Origin: Anthoceros angustus | Taxonomy: Eukaryota; Plantae; Anthocerotophyta | NCBI GenBank assembly: GCA_010909165.1 | Contig: MU008159.1 | Location: forward strand, 1,612,001-1,676,000 | Direction of reading: 5' to 3' | Length of the DNA: 64,000 bases | Part shown: piece after piece, positions 43,008 to 55,523 of the stretch | Layout: each line of letters begins with the position of its first letter | Position numbering within the stretch: the stretch's first letter is position 1 | Notes under the pieces: model-generated | Databases searched by the model: none | Told to the model about the DNA's origin: nothing | Seen by the model: only the letters and a program-made list of their open reading frames with translations | Position numbers and translations under genes: made by a program

Positions 43008-46000
43008 GATTTTGTGCCCTACGTACATAACATGTAAACAGCTGTGGTACCACGCACGCCCACTGCTCTTCCCGTATGCGGGTGCAGGACGTTTATGGTG
43101 GTATTTCCAGGCCTCTTTGACAAGCCACCACAGAACGGCAGTCCGCCTAGCAACCAAGATTTGGTTTACGAACCTCTCTTCAGCCCGATGGTGAGAACTA
43201 CAGCTGAAAGAAAGCCAAGTCTTCAGCGTGTGTGTCTTTTCGCATAGAGTCTTCTCTAGCGTGCATAAAAGGAAACGTCTATTTTAGTCCACGTGCATAG
43301 CATCCTCAATTTGGGCCTGCTTCCCACAACAGCAGATCAAGTTCTTGGTTATCAAGTGCAGCAACCTGGGTCTGTCAAAAGCGGGCAGAGACATAGATGG
43401 TTCTATCTGCAGTTTGGTTCCACGCATCTGCAGTTCCAAAGAATTGGTGCCTGATTACCCTGTGTTCTCCTAGTCCGGAGGTCACACGAATAGTCACTCC
43501 GGCTGCGTTAACTTTGCTAAACTGAGGGTGCGTACCATGCATTCTCAAGGCATGCTGAAGTCAGTCTCGTTTCAGCAGCAGCCAAGATAGCGGATACTGT
43601 GTGTCACTTGGAAGGATCTGCCTAAAGAAGGGATTAAAAACTTGCAATATCAGAATTGAGGGAAGACGTAGCCAGGGGAATCAGCAACAATCACTGGTGA
43701 TGGTTGCAAGCAACACGACCAGCTGTGAGAAGTACCTCCCGGCCACACTCCCCAGTCAGGCCAAGTGACCAAATTGATTGTCCACAGTTCAGCTGGCCTC
43801 AAAATATTCGAGGAGGAATTCACCGCACTTACGAGCCTGCCCTGGTAGCCTTGGACAAGGTCGCTTCTACTCTCCAGGACTTCGGAGCGGAAATGGATCG
43901 CAGCAACCAGAATCCGGAGGTGAAGCTGCAAACTGACGCCGCCTTCATCCCTTACTTTGCCCCGGCTGCGCCCTCAAGCAGGGTTGGTGGTGGTGTGGGG
44001 CACCCCGGGGCCATCACTGCTCGTGCTCCGCCTCCCAGCAAGCTTCTCTTCTCTTGTTACAATTCGAGGGTGAAATCAGCGGCTTCCCTGCGAAGGACGC
44101 AGCCAGGTTTCTCAGGACGAGGTCAGCCACAGCGGGACGAGTTGCATACGCAGGCTGGAGCATCGTTTGCAGGCTGAATTTGTGATGGAGGCGGCCAAGG
44201 ATGGGCTCTGCCTGCGTGCATTGCATGTGAAAATGCGGGATGGGGGGACCGGGAGAGGAGCAAATTGGCGGGAAGGGCAGATAGCGGAGAGAGTTGCGGC
44301 TCAGTGCAAAGGGGAATTATGGCGCCGGAGGCATGTGCTGTTGCTGCTTGGTAGCTTACGTGCATGAAGTGGAGTGGCACTTAGAGAGCCTTTGGCAGCA
44401 TTGCATGTCGGTTCGAGAGGAGATGGTGGGGATGGATATGCGGTGTTGCAGCCTTCATTGCCAACAGGGACACAGAGTTCAAGTGCTGGTGAGTTGTAAG
44501 CATGAGTGTGAGTCCTGGATTCTGCAATCTTCTGCCAGCTGCTTCAGTCCGCCTTGCATGTCTTTGTGGATTCTGGGAACTTTTGATAGCTGACAATCGC
44601 TTGCACTGCACGTTTTTTTGTAAATATGTCACAGCACTGCTTCTGCCTGGGCCCTTGAACTGGGGGCATATCGAATAAGACACAGTCTGGAGGCCACTGG
44701 GCACCAGAAGACAACTTGGAGTCTTCGGCACCCTTGCAGAATTCGCGGTAACAGGGTTGAGAGGACCAGGTCTCGAACTTTTTGCTTTGGGCGGAAGGGT
44801 AGAGGAGAGGCCGGCTTGCAGGTCTTAGTGAATCTGCTGTGTCTGCCCTGCTACTTGACGGCTAGCTCTCCCTTTCCGTTGTGCTGTTGCTAAGCTGGCT
44901 ATAGCCATTTAGCAGTGCCTGCCATGTTATCACATTCCTTGAGGGTGATCTGAAAAACTGGATAGCAAGGATGAAGAGACCAATGTTGGAAATGCTGAAA
45001 TCCCAGCCTTGGGAACTGCAATCAGCAGCCCTGGTTACGATACTGTGCCTCGATGTCAGCGATGGAGTAGGGGCGCTGGCTCCACAGAGATCTGCCTGGT
45101 TCCAGCGTCGTGTCCGGTGATGAAGTGAGCCATTCAGCAGAGCAACGCAGGGGAGCAAGTTGATTGTGGAGGCACTTGGTGATGAGGGCACACAGTTTGT
45201 CCCATGTATACATATATGGGTCGTTGCAGCTTCGGTGGGAAATGCTGAGGTGATTTCGGGACCTTGAATTGGAAATCCCTCGTCAATCTTCCTCTTTGCA
45301 CATAGGAAGTGCACCATTTTCCCACAGGTCAGCAGTACAGCAGGTGCTTGTCACACAAGTCGTCAACATTATCTATGGAATACAAGGAGGCTCCACGATT
45401 TTGACCTTAGTACCTTCTTGTATTCCATACGTGGAGTATAGAAAGGCGTTTCGGGGCGCGAGACTATCTTTAAATTCAGTTGCGTAGGTGTAAATGGGGC
45501 GGCAAACTAAGGGACTGCCTTTTTCTCTGGAAAGAGAATTTCATATTCATTTATACTCCGCGTGAGAGACCACCTAATGCTCACACCCTCTCACCCCTTA
45601 CAGGGGCATGTCGAGTCGTGGCTATGTCACGTCTTCATGGTCCAAGTTGAGTAGTTGCGTCGGCACAAAGCCAACATGCTAAACGAGGAAACCAAAACGA
45701 GATAAGGAAAAACATAATAAGAGGCAAATAATGCGAATAGAAACCATGCAAAGAAGGGCTTGGGCAAGAAGAATTGGTTTTTGCTTTTCAGGTTCTCAGC
45801 TTTTAATTTTCATCTTTCGAAAATCTCTACAGCAGACTTTGTCTTGTGTATGTTGTCCTCCCTTCAAAGAAGACATCATACATTTCCTCGTGTGAAATTT
45901 CTTTCATTACATTTCAGCATCGTAGTGTTTGAGCCATGGTACCAACTTATGATGCCAAAAGAAGTAGTTAGAACGTGGTAGAAGAGACAACTTCCATTAC

Positions 46001-46467
46001 CAACTTATAGATGAAGAGAAAAGTCTTTGTTGTGATACAACTCCGCCGGCCCATTCTATGTCCCCATGAAAAGGATAGGTTGGAAAAGGTATTGGGCTCA
46101 CGCAACCTAAGGCCTTAGTGAAATTGTATAATTATGTTGATCAACCAATGAGACAAGCTTGAAATCCAAGTGAAATGCTGAACAAGATTTGACAGACTTA
46201 AAGACATGAGATTTTTTTTAATCAAATAGGAGGAGCATTTGAAATATGAATAGTCTAATTGAGATATCTTGTTGTTTAAGAGAAAAATATATGCACAAAA
46301 TTAAGCATAGGTGCTCAACTTCATCAATCAATTGCCAAATAAATTTATACTTGCCTCATGGCCGTGGTTTCTTGCCTCATGGACCTTTCAATGGACTATG
46401 TCATGCTAGATTAAGTGTGTGCGATGGTTTGCATAGTTTGGCACATGTGACCTAGTGGTATTGTATA

Positions 46468-47003
46468 CAGTCCACCCCCCTAATTGGGACTAGTTCGGAG
46501 TGCCTTTAGAGGTCCCATTAAGGGAGGTGTCCCGATTATATTTTCCTATTTAAAAATAATAAAAATATTATAAACTTTAAAAATCAAAAAATACCCAAAA
46601 AAAAGAAAATTTTAAATTTTGATTGATATGTTTCACTAAAAATAAATTTTACCACTTCTCTATATAGTTGTTTGAAAACTAGCACTCTCTCCAAGCAACA
46701 TCAAAAAACCTCTACCTATCATAAAGGAAAAAGCTTAGCTTAAGAGTCTTCAATCACAACTAAAAGTCTATTGTGCTCTGAAATAATCGATTCTTTTTTT
46801 CTTTTTTTAATTTTTTTTAGTAAAAAAATTAGAAATCCCATTTAGGGAGGAGAAACTAACATGAATGTATGTTTCAAAAGGTCCCAATTATCATTTAGGA
46901 AAAAATCCCATTTATTACATTGTAAACTAAAGGGAGTAGGATGGGAGGTCCCATTTAGAGAGGAATCCCATTTATAGTATTCCCAATTAGGGGGGGCCGA
47001 CTG
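46468..47003. mobile_element. Tc1/mariner (pogo-like) MITE
   Basis: TIRs CAGTCCACCCCCCTAATTGGGA versus reverse complement CAGTCGGCCCCCCCTAATTGGGA; TA TSD; AT-rich core with repeated TCCCAT(T)TA subterminal motifs. It interrupts a ~46-bp tandem repeat (TAGTTTGGCACGTGTGACCTAGTGG). Confidence 0.9.
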
Positions 47004-47520
47004 TAGTTTGGCACGTGTGATCTAGTGGTATTGTGTGATGGTTTGCATAGTTTGGCACGTGTGACCTAGTGGCACTTTGCGAACTAGTGGCCCAACTCCA
47101 CCGGGATCCATGGTGGTCCCAATATCATTGTCATTGAATTGCTAGTGATCATCGTATCATGAGCATTAAATTAGTTGATTTCCTAATTGGAAAACATACA
47201 TGTTAGCTAATAATAAATATTTAAAATTACTTTTAAAAGAAATAATAATAAAGTAGCTGAACAAACCAAAAAAGATGTGGAGTACTTAATAAGCATCCCT
47301 TTCATTGCATGCATAATTCAATAATTCCATTAAATATTCACTTTAACCAATCATTTAATAGGTATTTATATACAGCATGTATGAAATCAAGGTAGCTGAC
47401 CAAATTTATGAGCTCATGTATATGAATAAGCATGTTGCAAGACAATAACTCACTAGATGATCTATATTTCAAATGCTAAGAGCATTCTAATATAGAAGCA
47501 CATGTAGATGGATGTCCAGT

Positions 47521-47570
47521 GAAGAAGAAGAAGAAGAAGAAGAAGAAGAAGAAGAAGAAGAAGAAGAAGA
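47521..47570 (+). repeat. (GAA)n microsatellite
   Basis: About 16-17 perfect units. Confidence 0.97.
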
Positions 47571-47687
47571 ATTTTTAGTCCATTGAGCTTTAAGGAACTG
47601 TTACTCAACTTAAGGATAATCAAAGCAAGTTCATTTCACAACGAATACATAGTTTTTAATCTATAATACGAGTAAATATTATTCAAG

Positions 47688-48179
47688 ATGAAACTAACGT
47701 TAATTATGTATATGTTATGGGGTCTTTATGGAGTGACAGAGGCTAATGTCAGACACACACCTCAAAAAGTAAATTGTGGAAACAAACCTATAGAAACAAG
47801 TTTGATTTATCAGCAAGTACTCATATCAGCAATGCAAAGATTAGCTTCCACTGGGTTTTCAAAGTGGGAGGAGCGTAGAGACACTGGCACTTGGAGAGGA
47901 AAACGACTTAAACTCTCAGGATTTTACACGGGAATAGATCTTACAGGGAAGTCATGCGGTGAAGCTGTCTTCTATAGAGGTGGTTGTAGAGAGTCAACAA
48001 CTTGCACATCGGGTACCGATTGCGCCTTGTGTCTCGCCCGACTTGCAGATGAACTCATATATGAACATTGTCCAGGATCAGCAATCGCTAATGGATACGC
48101 TCATGATTGTTTTGTGCGCTATAGAAATCAAGGCTACACAGATCCTCAAGAAAAGCCCGAGTGGCCCTATACCCCATAG
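47688..48179 (+). CDS. Secreted single-domain DUF26/Gnk2-like (cysteine-rich repeat secretory) protein, 163 aa
   Basis: Signal-peptide-like N-terminus; FYRGGC-x11-CALC...CPGSAIANGYAHDCFVRY matches the DUF26 cysteine pattern and the terminal C.(L/V)RY. Confidence 0.8.
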   Translation: MKLTLIMYMLWGLYGVTEANVRHTPQKVNCGNKPIETSLIYQQVLISAMQRLASTGFSKWEERRDTGTWRGKRLKLSGFYTGIDLTGKSCGEAVFYRGGCRESTTCTSGTDCALCLARLADELIYEHCPGSAIANGYAHDCFVRYRNQGYTDPQEKPEWPYTP

Positions 48180-48477
48180 CACTACGCATTCATCATAATT
48201 CCAACTCATACTTAAAACCTTGAAATATTTCAACAATCCCATGGAACATTCCATTCTTCACGTCTTCAAGGTTTTTAATCTTTCTTCACGAAGGAATATG
48301 ACTCTAATATTTGTTCTCATAATGGTCTCCATATTACAAGGATAAAATATATGTAAATATTGAAATGTAAATATTAAAAAAGAAATACAACAGGTCCAAG
48401 GAATTTATACTCCATCAACAACATTTTCATTCCATCGCTCTTCAATATGCGTCTATGTTAAGCTGAAAATGTATAAA

Positions 48478-48632
48478 CTTCTAATTACTTTAGCAATGTT
48501 ATATAGATATAATATTCTTCTAATTAATTTAGCAATTTTATATAGATATAATATTCTTCTAATTAATTTGGCAATTTTATATAGATATAATATTCTTCTC
48601 ATTAATTTAGAAATATTATATAGATCTAATAT
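48478..48632 (+). repeat. 39-bp AT-rich tandem repeat, about 4 units
   Basis: AATTAATTTAGCAATTTTATATAGATATAATATTCTTCT units. Confidence 0.9.
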
Positions 48633-49934
48633 TTATTCGTATCGATGTTCATACTGCATGATATGATATCCAGTCATTAGACTTGCTTTGTATTGAATTA
48701 TTCTTATAAAATAAGAAAATAATAATGAATAGTTTTTCAAAACAAGTTGTGGACTTTGGTGTACCGAGGCTCTCATAGCTAACCGGGCAAGTACATGGTG
48801 ATGAAGAGACGGGAGAGGAAAAGCGCGAGCGTGGACGAATCTTTGTTTGCCGCCCACACAAGATACAATCCCTGAAAATACTTTGTGGCCGGCATCGCAG
48901 TAGCAGTTGGTTGGTTGTGTTTGGAACAGGAAGAGCCTGGAAGAACGTGGCCGGTGGCATTCCCATGGCGTCACACCCAGTGCCACCCGTTGTGGGTGTG
49001 ATGCCATCGCCATAGCGATAGCCTAAAGCCCTTAAAGCCATTGCCATTGCCAGGGCCCTGCGGCCGCAGGAGCCCGGCAGGCACCTCGGGCCCGGCGTTT
49101 GTCGCATAGTGGAATGTGGCGATCTGGAGAAAGGTGAAGGCCGGGTGCAGAGAGCCTGGTCCTGCTCCTGCTCCTGTGCCCAGTCCCGGTCCTGGTCCTG
49201 GTCCCGTTGCCAGGAACATACATAGCGCATGACGGCATATACCATCGCCTACATGCGCATGCGCGCATGCCGGCCTCAGGCCCACAGGCGTGGCGTGGGC
49301 CACTCTCCGCGCCTAATTTCCTCTCCCACTCGTCGCTCCTCTCCAGCCTCCAGCCTCCAGTCGACCGCGTCACTGCGCCTTCCCTGCCTTCAACTTCCAC
49401 TCATCCCCGAGCCTCCCAGTCCGCTCCCGCGTTCCAACTTGGGTACAGGGTTAATAGTCTAACCCACCCCGAACCACCCGGGGTGGCCGCCAGTACCGAA
49501 CATTCCCGAGGAAGAAGCGGAAGCAGCCGCGCATCTGGAAGGTGAAGAGAACCATCCGCCCCTCGTCCCCGTCCGTGTCCTTGTCCTGGGTCTCCCGCTG
49601 CCCAGACACTCTCAGCCTCTGCATTTGCTTGTGTGCTCATCCTGTTCTCCCTGCCTCGCCTGTGTCCCCGAGGTCCCTCAACTCCCGGCCTTTCCCTCCG
49701 GGCCGCGGCCTTCGGTCGCTCCTTCCTGACCAGGGCCTTCCTTCCCTTCCCTTCCCTTCCCTCTCCTGCCTTCGTTTTCCTGCTCCCCTGCTCTGGCTCC
49801 TTGTCTTGTTTGTGGGCACTCGGGACCGTCTGCTGCGGCCGCTCCAGAGCTGGCCGTGCGGAGGCGGGAGCAGTGGCGCTCCAGAGCGGAGCAATCCTGG
49901 CAGACACCGGGAGGTGTTGCCAAATCGAGGCACC

Positions 49935-50183
49935 ACGGCTGCGTTAACCAGTCCTCGACTTCGCCTGCATCCTAGGTTCCACGCGCTGGGGCAACGGAAC
50001 TCTCACCTGCTCTTGAGCTCACCTTCGCTGCACGGGGGTCGGGGCGCCACCCCGTCCGAAGGCGGGTGTCCCTCCGATCTCACCTACTTGGCGGGCGGTG
50101 GTCGGCTGCGGAATTTGACGGCCGCGGGCTCTGCTGGGCTGCTGCCTGCAGACCTGACTGCTTGCGCTCTTCCGTTAGTGTGA
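49935..50183 (+). CDS. Conserved non-AUG (ACG) uORF peptide of GGP/VTC2, 82 aa
   Basis: CACC-ACG-GCT start context; contains HGGRGATPSEGGCPSDLTYLAGGG, matching the conserved GGP uORF core (HGGRGALPSEGGSPSDLLFLAGGG); stops 48 nt before the main ATG. Confidence 0.88.
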   Translation, partial: TAALTSPRLRLHPRFHALGQRNSHLLLSSPSLHGGRGATPSEGGCPSDLTYLAGGGRLRNLTAAGSAGLLPADLTACALPLV

Positions 50184-50231
50184 CTGGAGGCCGGGAGTGT
50201 GGGCTTGTTGCGTGACAAAAAATTTGCGAGG

Positions 50232-52189
50232 ATGGAGATGCTGACCATCAGGCGGGTTCCGACCGTGGTGTCGATGAACCAAGAGCTGGAGCACGGTGGT
50301 TGCGGGAAGGGGTGTTTGGGGGCGTGTTGCATTTCAGGTAGGGGTGGGTTTGGGTTGCAGAATGCGGTGGATGTGAGCACCTCTGTCTACTTGGGGCTGA
50401 TGAGGGTGTCGTTTGCTCTTGTGCAGCCTCCAAGCTGCCGTTGTATCGCTTCGGGAAGAAGACGGCCGAGAGGGTGGAGAGAAAGGGATCGAATGCAGTT
50501 CCTGATGCGCGAGGCTCGCCTCGGACTGTGCTCGACTCGGAGAACGTTTTTCTGGACACCGTTGTCCTAGGGCAGGTGTGTGATCTGGTGTCAGTAGTGA
50601 GTCTGGCCGGAACTTCCTGCATGTTCGCCCGGGATATGACCTACCCATGGTCTGCTGGGTTTTTTGCGGGGTGTTCTGCTTCTGAGTCTACTGCTGTTGT
50701 TCTTAACCGGTGCAGTGGGAGGAGCGAATGGCTCGTGGCCTTTTCCGCTATGATGTGACCGCCTGCGAGACCAAGGTAATTTTTGGAGGGGATGACTGAG
50801 AGCTTCAGGGTGTGATACGGAGCCTTGTCCTCAAGTCTGCAAGGTTGTTCAACTGTGAGTTTGAAATGTATTAACCCGGAGTGTCATCCACAGATTCTGC
50901 GTGGTCAATTGGGTTTCATTGCCCAACTCAATGAAGGCCGGCACTCGAAGAAGCGGCCCACAGAGTTTCGTGTGGACCAAGTGCTCCAGCCCTTTGACCC
51001 GAAGAAGTTCAATTTCACTAAAGTTGGTCTAGAAGAGGTCCTCTTCTGCTTCGAGGAGGGTGAGACGGACGAAAGTTCTTATTACGAACAAGCGGAGGTC
51101 AAGGGAAGCCCAAACGTGATCGCTATCAATGTAAGTTGCTGCATGACGGATTGGGCATTTTGCGGCACTGTAGTCTGTCTCTTGCAACCCTTGTTGACAT
51201 TCGTCCTTCACTGGCCTGTTGCAGGTGAGTCCTATAGACTATGGGCACATCCTCCTTGTTCCTAGGGTCCTTGACTGTTTACCTCAGAGAATTGACGAAG
51301 AAACTTTCCTTTTGGCGTTACAAATGGCGGTTGAAGCTGACAACGAGTACTTCCGGGTTGCTTACAACAGTCTGGGGGCTTTTGCGACCATCAATCATTT
51401 GCATTTCCAGGTAAGTGCGTCTGTCATTTGCTGGCAGAGTCTGTCGCTGTGGGCTGCACTGACTCTCCGTCATTGTGCAGGCATACTACAATGAGACACG
51501 TTTCCCTGTCGAACGGGCAGCCACTATGGAACTCCCAACTGTCGTGAGTCCTCCCAAGAGGACCGTGCTAGTATCTGAACTCTGTGATTATCCAGTGAAG
51601 GCCTTAGTGTTCGAATTGCGGGAGAGTCTTGAAGATCTTGCAAATGCTGTGGCCAAGTCTTGCATAGAATTGCAGGAGCGGAACATCCCTTTCAACCTGC
51701 TGATAAGTGACCGGGGGTGCAGAGTGTTTCTCTTCCCTCAGGTACGTCGCTTGTCGCCTTTCAAGATCTGAGTGCACTGTTTTGGTGCATTCGAATCTCA
51801 CCAGCATCATTCTTGTCCTACTGGAGCGTGTTCTACCCACTTTAATCTCGTCTTCTTTGGGTTTACAGTGCTTTGCTGAAAGGCAGGCTAAGGGCGAAGT
51901 TGATCAAGATATCTTAGATATGCAAGTGAATCCAGCTGCTTGGGAGATCAGTGGCCATATTGTCCTGAAGCGCTCGTCGGACTATGACTTGGTAACAGAG
52001 GAGCACGCCTGTAGGCTGCTGGCCGAGGTATCTCTTTCAAAAGAAGCATTTGAAGAAGTGAAGATGATCTGTATGACTGTTGCTGGAGGTATCGATGGGT
52101 TCGTGGTCCCTCCATTGCTAGATGTGTATGCAACTGCAGCCAGAGATGTGAAAACCGTTGGCAGTTTTCAACAGACGATAGCATGTTAG
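50232..52189 (+). CDS. VTC2: GDP-L-galactose phosphorylase (ascorbate synthesis), 7 exons
   Basis: MLTIRRVPTVVS...GCGKGCLGACC, WEERMARGLFRYDVTACETK, FIAQLNEGRHSKKRPTEF, NVSPIDYGHILLVP, HIT motif ATINHLHFQAYY, QVNPAAWEISGHIVLK. Confidence 0.97.
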
Positions 52190-52884
52190 AGCATATGCTG
52201 TTCGACGAGTAAACCTTCTCCCATAACGCTTGTTGACGTCCTATTTGGTTTCCATTATGTAACTTGATTATGTTTCATTCTTCGGATGTGTCTGCCCAAA
52301 TAGCAGAACTATCAGGAGTCTGTCCACAATTGGCTGCCTCCAGTAGACGCAAGCGCCTTACTACGGACTTGCTTTTGACACCTAGTGAGAATTGTAACGT
52401 TAGATCATGTGGAGTAACTATCCCCGTTCTTGCCGGTATGACTATCCCCATTCTTGCCGGTATGACTATCCGAACACGTGTTTGGCCAAAGCCAGATGGC
52501 CAATTATCGGCGGATAGGTTATCAAAGGTCGACAGCAAATGTCGTGGTACAATGACACTACTGTTCGCGTCACAGGCAATACTGTCACCAATCACTGCAT
52601 GACAAGTTGGAAGGTTGCAGAACAGAGATTTTCCTATCTTCAGATCTTTTCAACACGATACGAACTCATCAACCGCATTAGTAGGTTTGGGATGCAAAGA
52701 TATTCTAAAAACTTCTCCGATCCAAAGATTTTCCCATCTTGCATCCCAAAGTATCTGCTCCACTCACTTCGAACGGCATGGAATCCAAGAGACCCTACAC
52801 TGGTTAGTAAAATTGGGCATCAGTACAAGATAATGTTCTAATTTTCCTACGAAGCATCCGTTAAGAATACAGTCTTAAATTACC

Positions 52885-55182
52885 CTATAATCTCACATAG
52901 TCGTGCAGATTACATCCACTTGTCCTTTGCTTTAGCTTTCGCATAGCTTTCCCTTCTATCTGTCTAATCCGTTCTCTTGTGACATTGAAAACATTGCCAA
53001 TTTCCTCAAGAGTCCTTACTTTCCCATCCTCTAGCCCATACCTTAGCTTCAGAATCTCCCTCTCTCGCTGATCCAGAGTGTCTAGAAGAGAATTCACATG
53101 CTGCTTTTGAAATTCCTGGGAAATCGCGTCTTCTGCTGCAGATTCAACCTCGGTGGAACCCAGGATGTCCTGCAAAAGCAAGGGAGAGGCAGGTAAACTG
53201 GCAGTGAAAAGACAACTGTGGTTGGTCAGCCCGCATAAATTTCTGGGGATAATAAGAACACTTACTCCAAGGGTTCGGTCGTCATGGTCTTTTCCAATGG
53301 GTTTCTCCATCGACTGAGGCATCTTCGCAGATCTCGTTATCAGCTTAATCTTGTCTACACCCATACCCAGCATTTCAGCAACCTCCTCATCTCTAGGCGG
53401 CCTTTCGTAGTGCTGAGAAATGGTGCGCCTGGCTTTATTGATCCGAACAAGGACCTCATACATATGGACCTACACATCAAGCAATTCATGAGCTGCTCGA
53501 CTGCGACACAGGTGAGGTCCATCATATAGACAATACATGAGCAGCTGCAAGCAGAGAACAGCAGAAGCTCCGGTGATAGGAGCCCTTGCAAAAAGCTTAC
53601 CGGCAAACGAATTGTCCTCGATTGCTCAGAAACAGCTCTGTTTAAGGCCTGCCTGATCCACCAATGTGCATAGGTAGAAAACTTAAAACCTTTGCGGCAA
53701 TCAAATTTCTCAGCACCTCGAATAAGGCCCATGCTTCCTTCCTAGCACGCCAAGCAGCTAGAAAGGTTAAGCTTGAGAACCTCTAGTGCTACAGATGGCG
53801 ACTGAGAACTGAAAGCCGAGATAGCTAATATCAACCTCATGAGCAGGCCAGGAAGAGATGCTCAATTGCTACAGGCCGTGGTACCTGAATGAGATCCTGC
53901 AAGCACAAGCCCCGGCCCACATAGTTCCTCGCCATTGATACAACTAGACGGAGATTCGAAACAATCATTCTGTCCTTGCACTCTTGCCCATCCATTAACC
54001 GGGTCTCAAAAGCTGCAGGCTGCATGCCAGCGGCATTTGCCCATTCTTGCAGACTCGGCTCCCGTCCAAGCTGAGCAGTGACTTCTTTTTTGACAACATC
54101 TAAATGCATGAGATCCTGCACAAAGAAAGGTGCTTGTCAGATGACACCACCACGACCAGACACATGGAAGCACCAGCTGAGATATTGTATTCACTGAGGA
54201 ACAACTACCTGAATCCCTCGCGACAACTCGGCTTCCTCGTCCATTGTTAGAAGTCTTTTTTTGCACATATCCTTTATGCACCCACGCACTCGTTCACCTG
54301 CGTCCTCCCCTAAAGCGGACTTCCGCACTTTGGAGGAACCGGAACGTTTTCGAGACATCTCTGCTGCAAGTTTCTCTGCCTTCCCTTGAGCCCTCTCCCT
54401 CTTCCTCAGCCTCTCCTTCCGACGGGTAGATCTAACCACTACATTACCATCACTCTCAGGGGACCTCCCATTGGTATCCCTAGTTTCGTCTTTGGACAAA
54501 TGGATTCCATTCAATCCTTGCCCCAGGTCCGAAAAATGCCCCCTGGCTTCCTCGGAGAGCAGCTCCACATCTGTGCTGGCCTGTTCCATCTCGCGCAACC
54601 TAGCTCTCTCAAGCATCAGAAGATCCTTCTCCGATGGAAATTCCCCCATTTCTTGCTCATCGTCAACCCATGTGTCCGCAAGCAGCATTGCATCCTCGGC
54701 CGCTTTGGCAGCAGCTCTGGCCAGAGTCATTGCTTCCACTGCTGCTGCTGCCGCTAATGCTGCATCACTTGCTGTCCAGCTTTCTGTCAGAGTGGCTGCC
54801 ACTCCCTTGGGAACCTTCCTGGCTCTAATGCACCAGGAGGTATCAGTGTGTCCTCCGGGGTACGAGCGTGACAAGAGCCTGCAACACAAGGAGGGCACCT
54901 GTGAGACACTGAATCCTGACCAGCGTTGCATCACAACCAAGTTCCGACGTACCGAGCAAGCGGGTCGGTGAATGCGGAAGGTTGTGCTTGCAAGGCATCG
55001 GTTTCCTTGAGAGCAGCAGACGTGCGCCCGGGATTCTCCCCTCTCTGCAATAGCCTTGTGGAGGGTGATGCAGGAGTTGCCTGAACGGTGGTGAAACCAG
55101 CGGTGGAACCGAACGCCTGCTTGAGCTCGCAGCACTGTGACCGAAGCGCTCCTCGAGGCCATGCTGCCAACACCTCCGCCAT
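52885..55182 (-). CDS. Nuclear-encoded plastid sigma-70 factor (SIG2/SIGX-like), multi-exon; alternative start 55162
   Basis: Region 2 [45 protein letters not shown]; region 3 SRTIRLP; region 4 [28 protein letters not shown]; N-terminal [16 protein letters not shown] block. Confidence 0.93.
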
Positions 55183-55523
55183 TCTCACCGTGCTCACACT
55201 TATCAGCTCAAAGCCATCGAGCATCCATTCATAAAATTTCCTCACTGCCTCCACTGTCGTCTCTAGAGTCTAGAGACCGCAGTCCTACCAAAAACGTCGT
55301 CAGTGTTCCCGTAAAGTAATTTCATTTGCCTCCATACTTGTTTGGCTACTTAGACTACTCGTCCATAATCGAAGGGAGAACTATGTTGGTTGCTTGATTA
55401 TACCCCACCCACCATACAACCATACCATGCATTGGTGATGTTCTTCCTTTCGATGATTTTTTTTTCTATATACTTTATAATCATTTTTCCGTCTAGATTT
55501 TCACACGGGTTTCTTTTTCTACC

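Noticed and set aside
43704-45317. 157-aa ORF and a PPR-like motif (RNVITWQALLNGYSQ)
   Set aside because: Single isolated motif and no coherent gene model; at most pseudogene debris.
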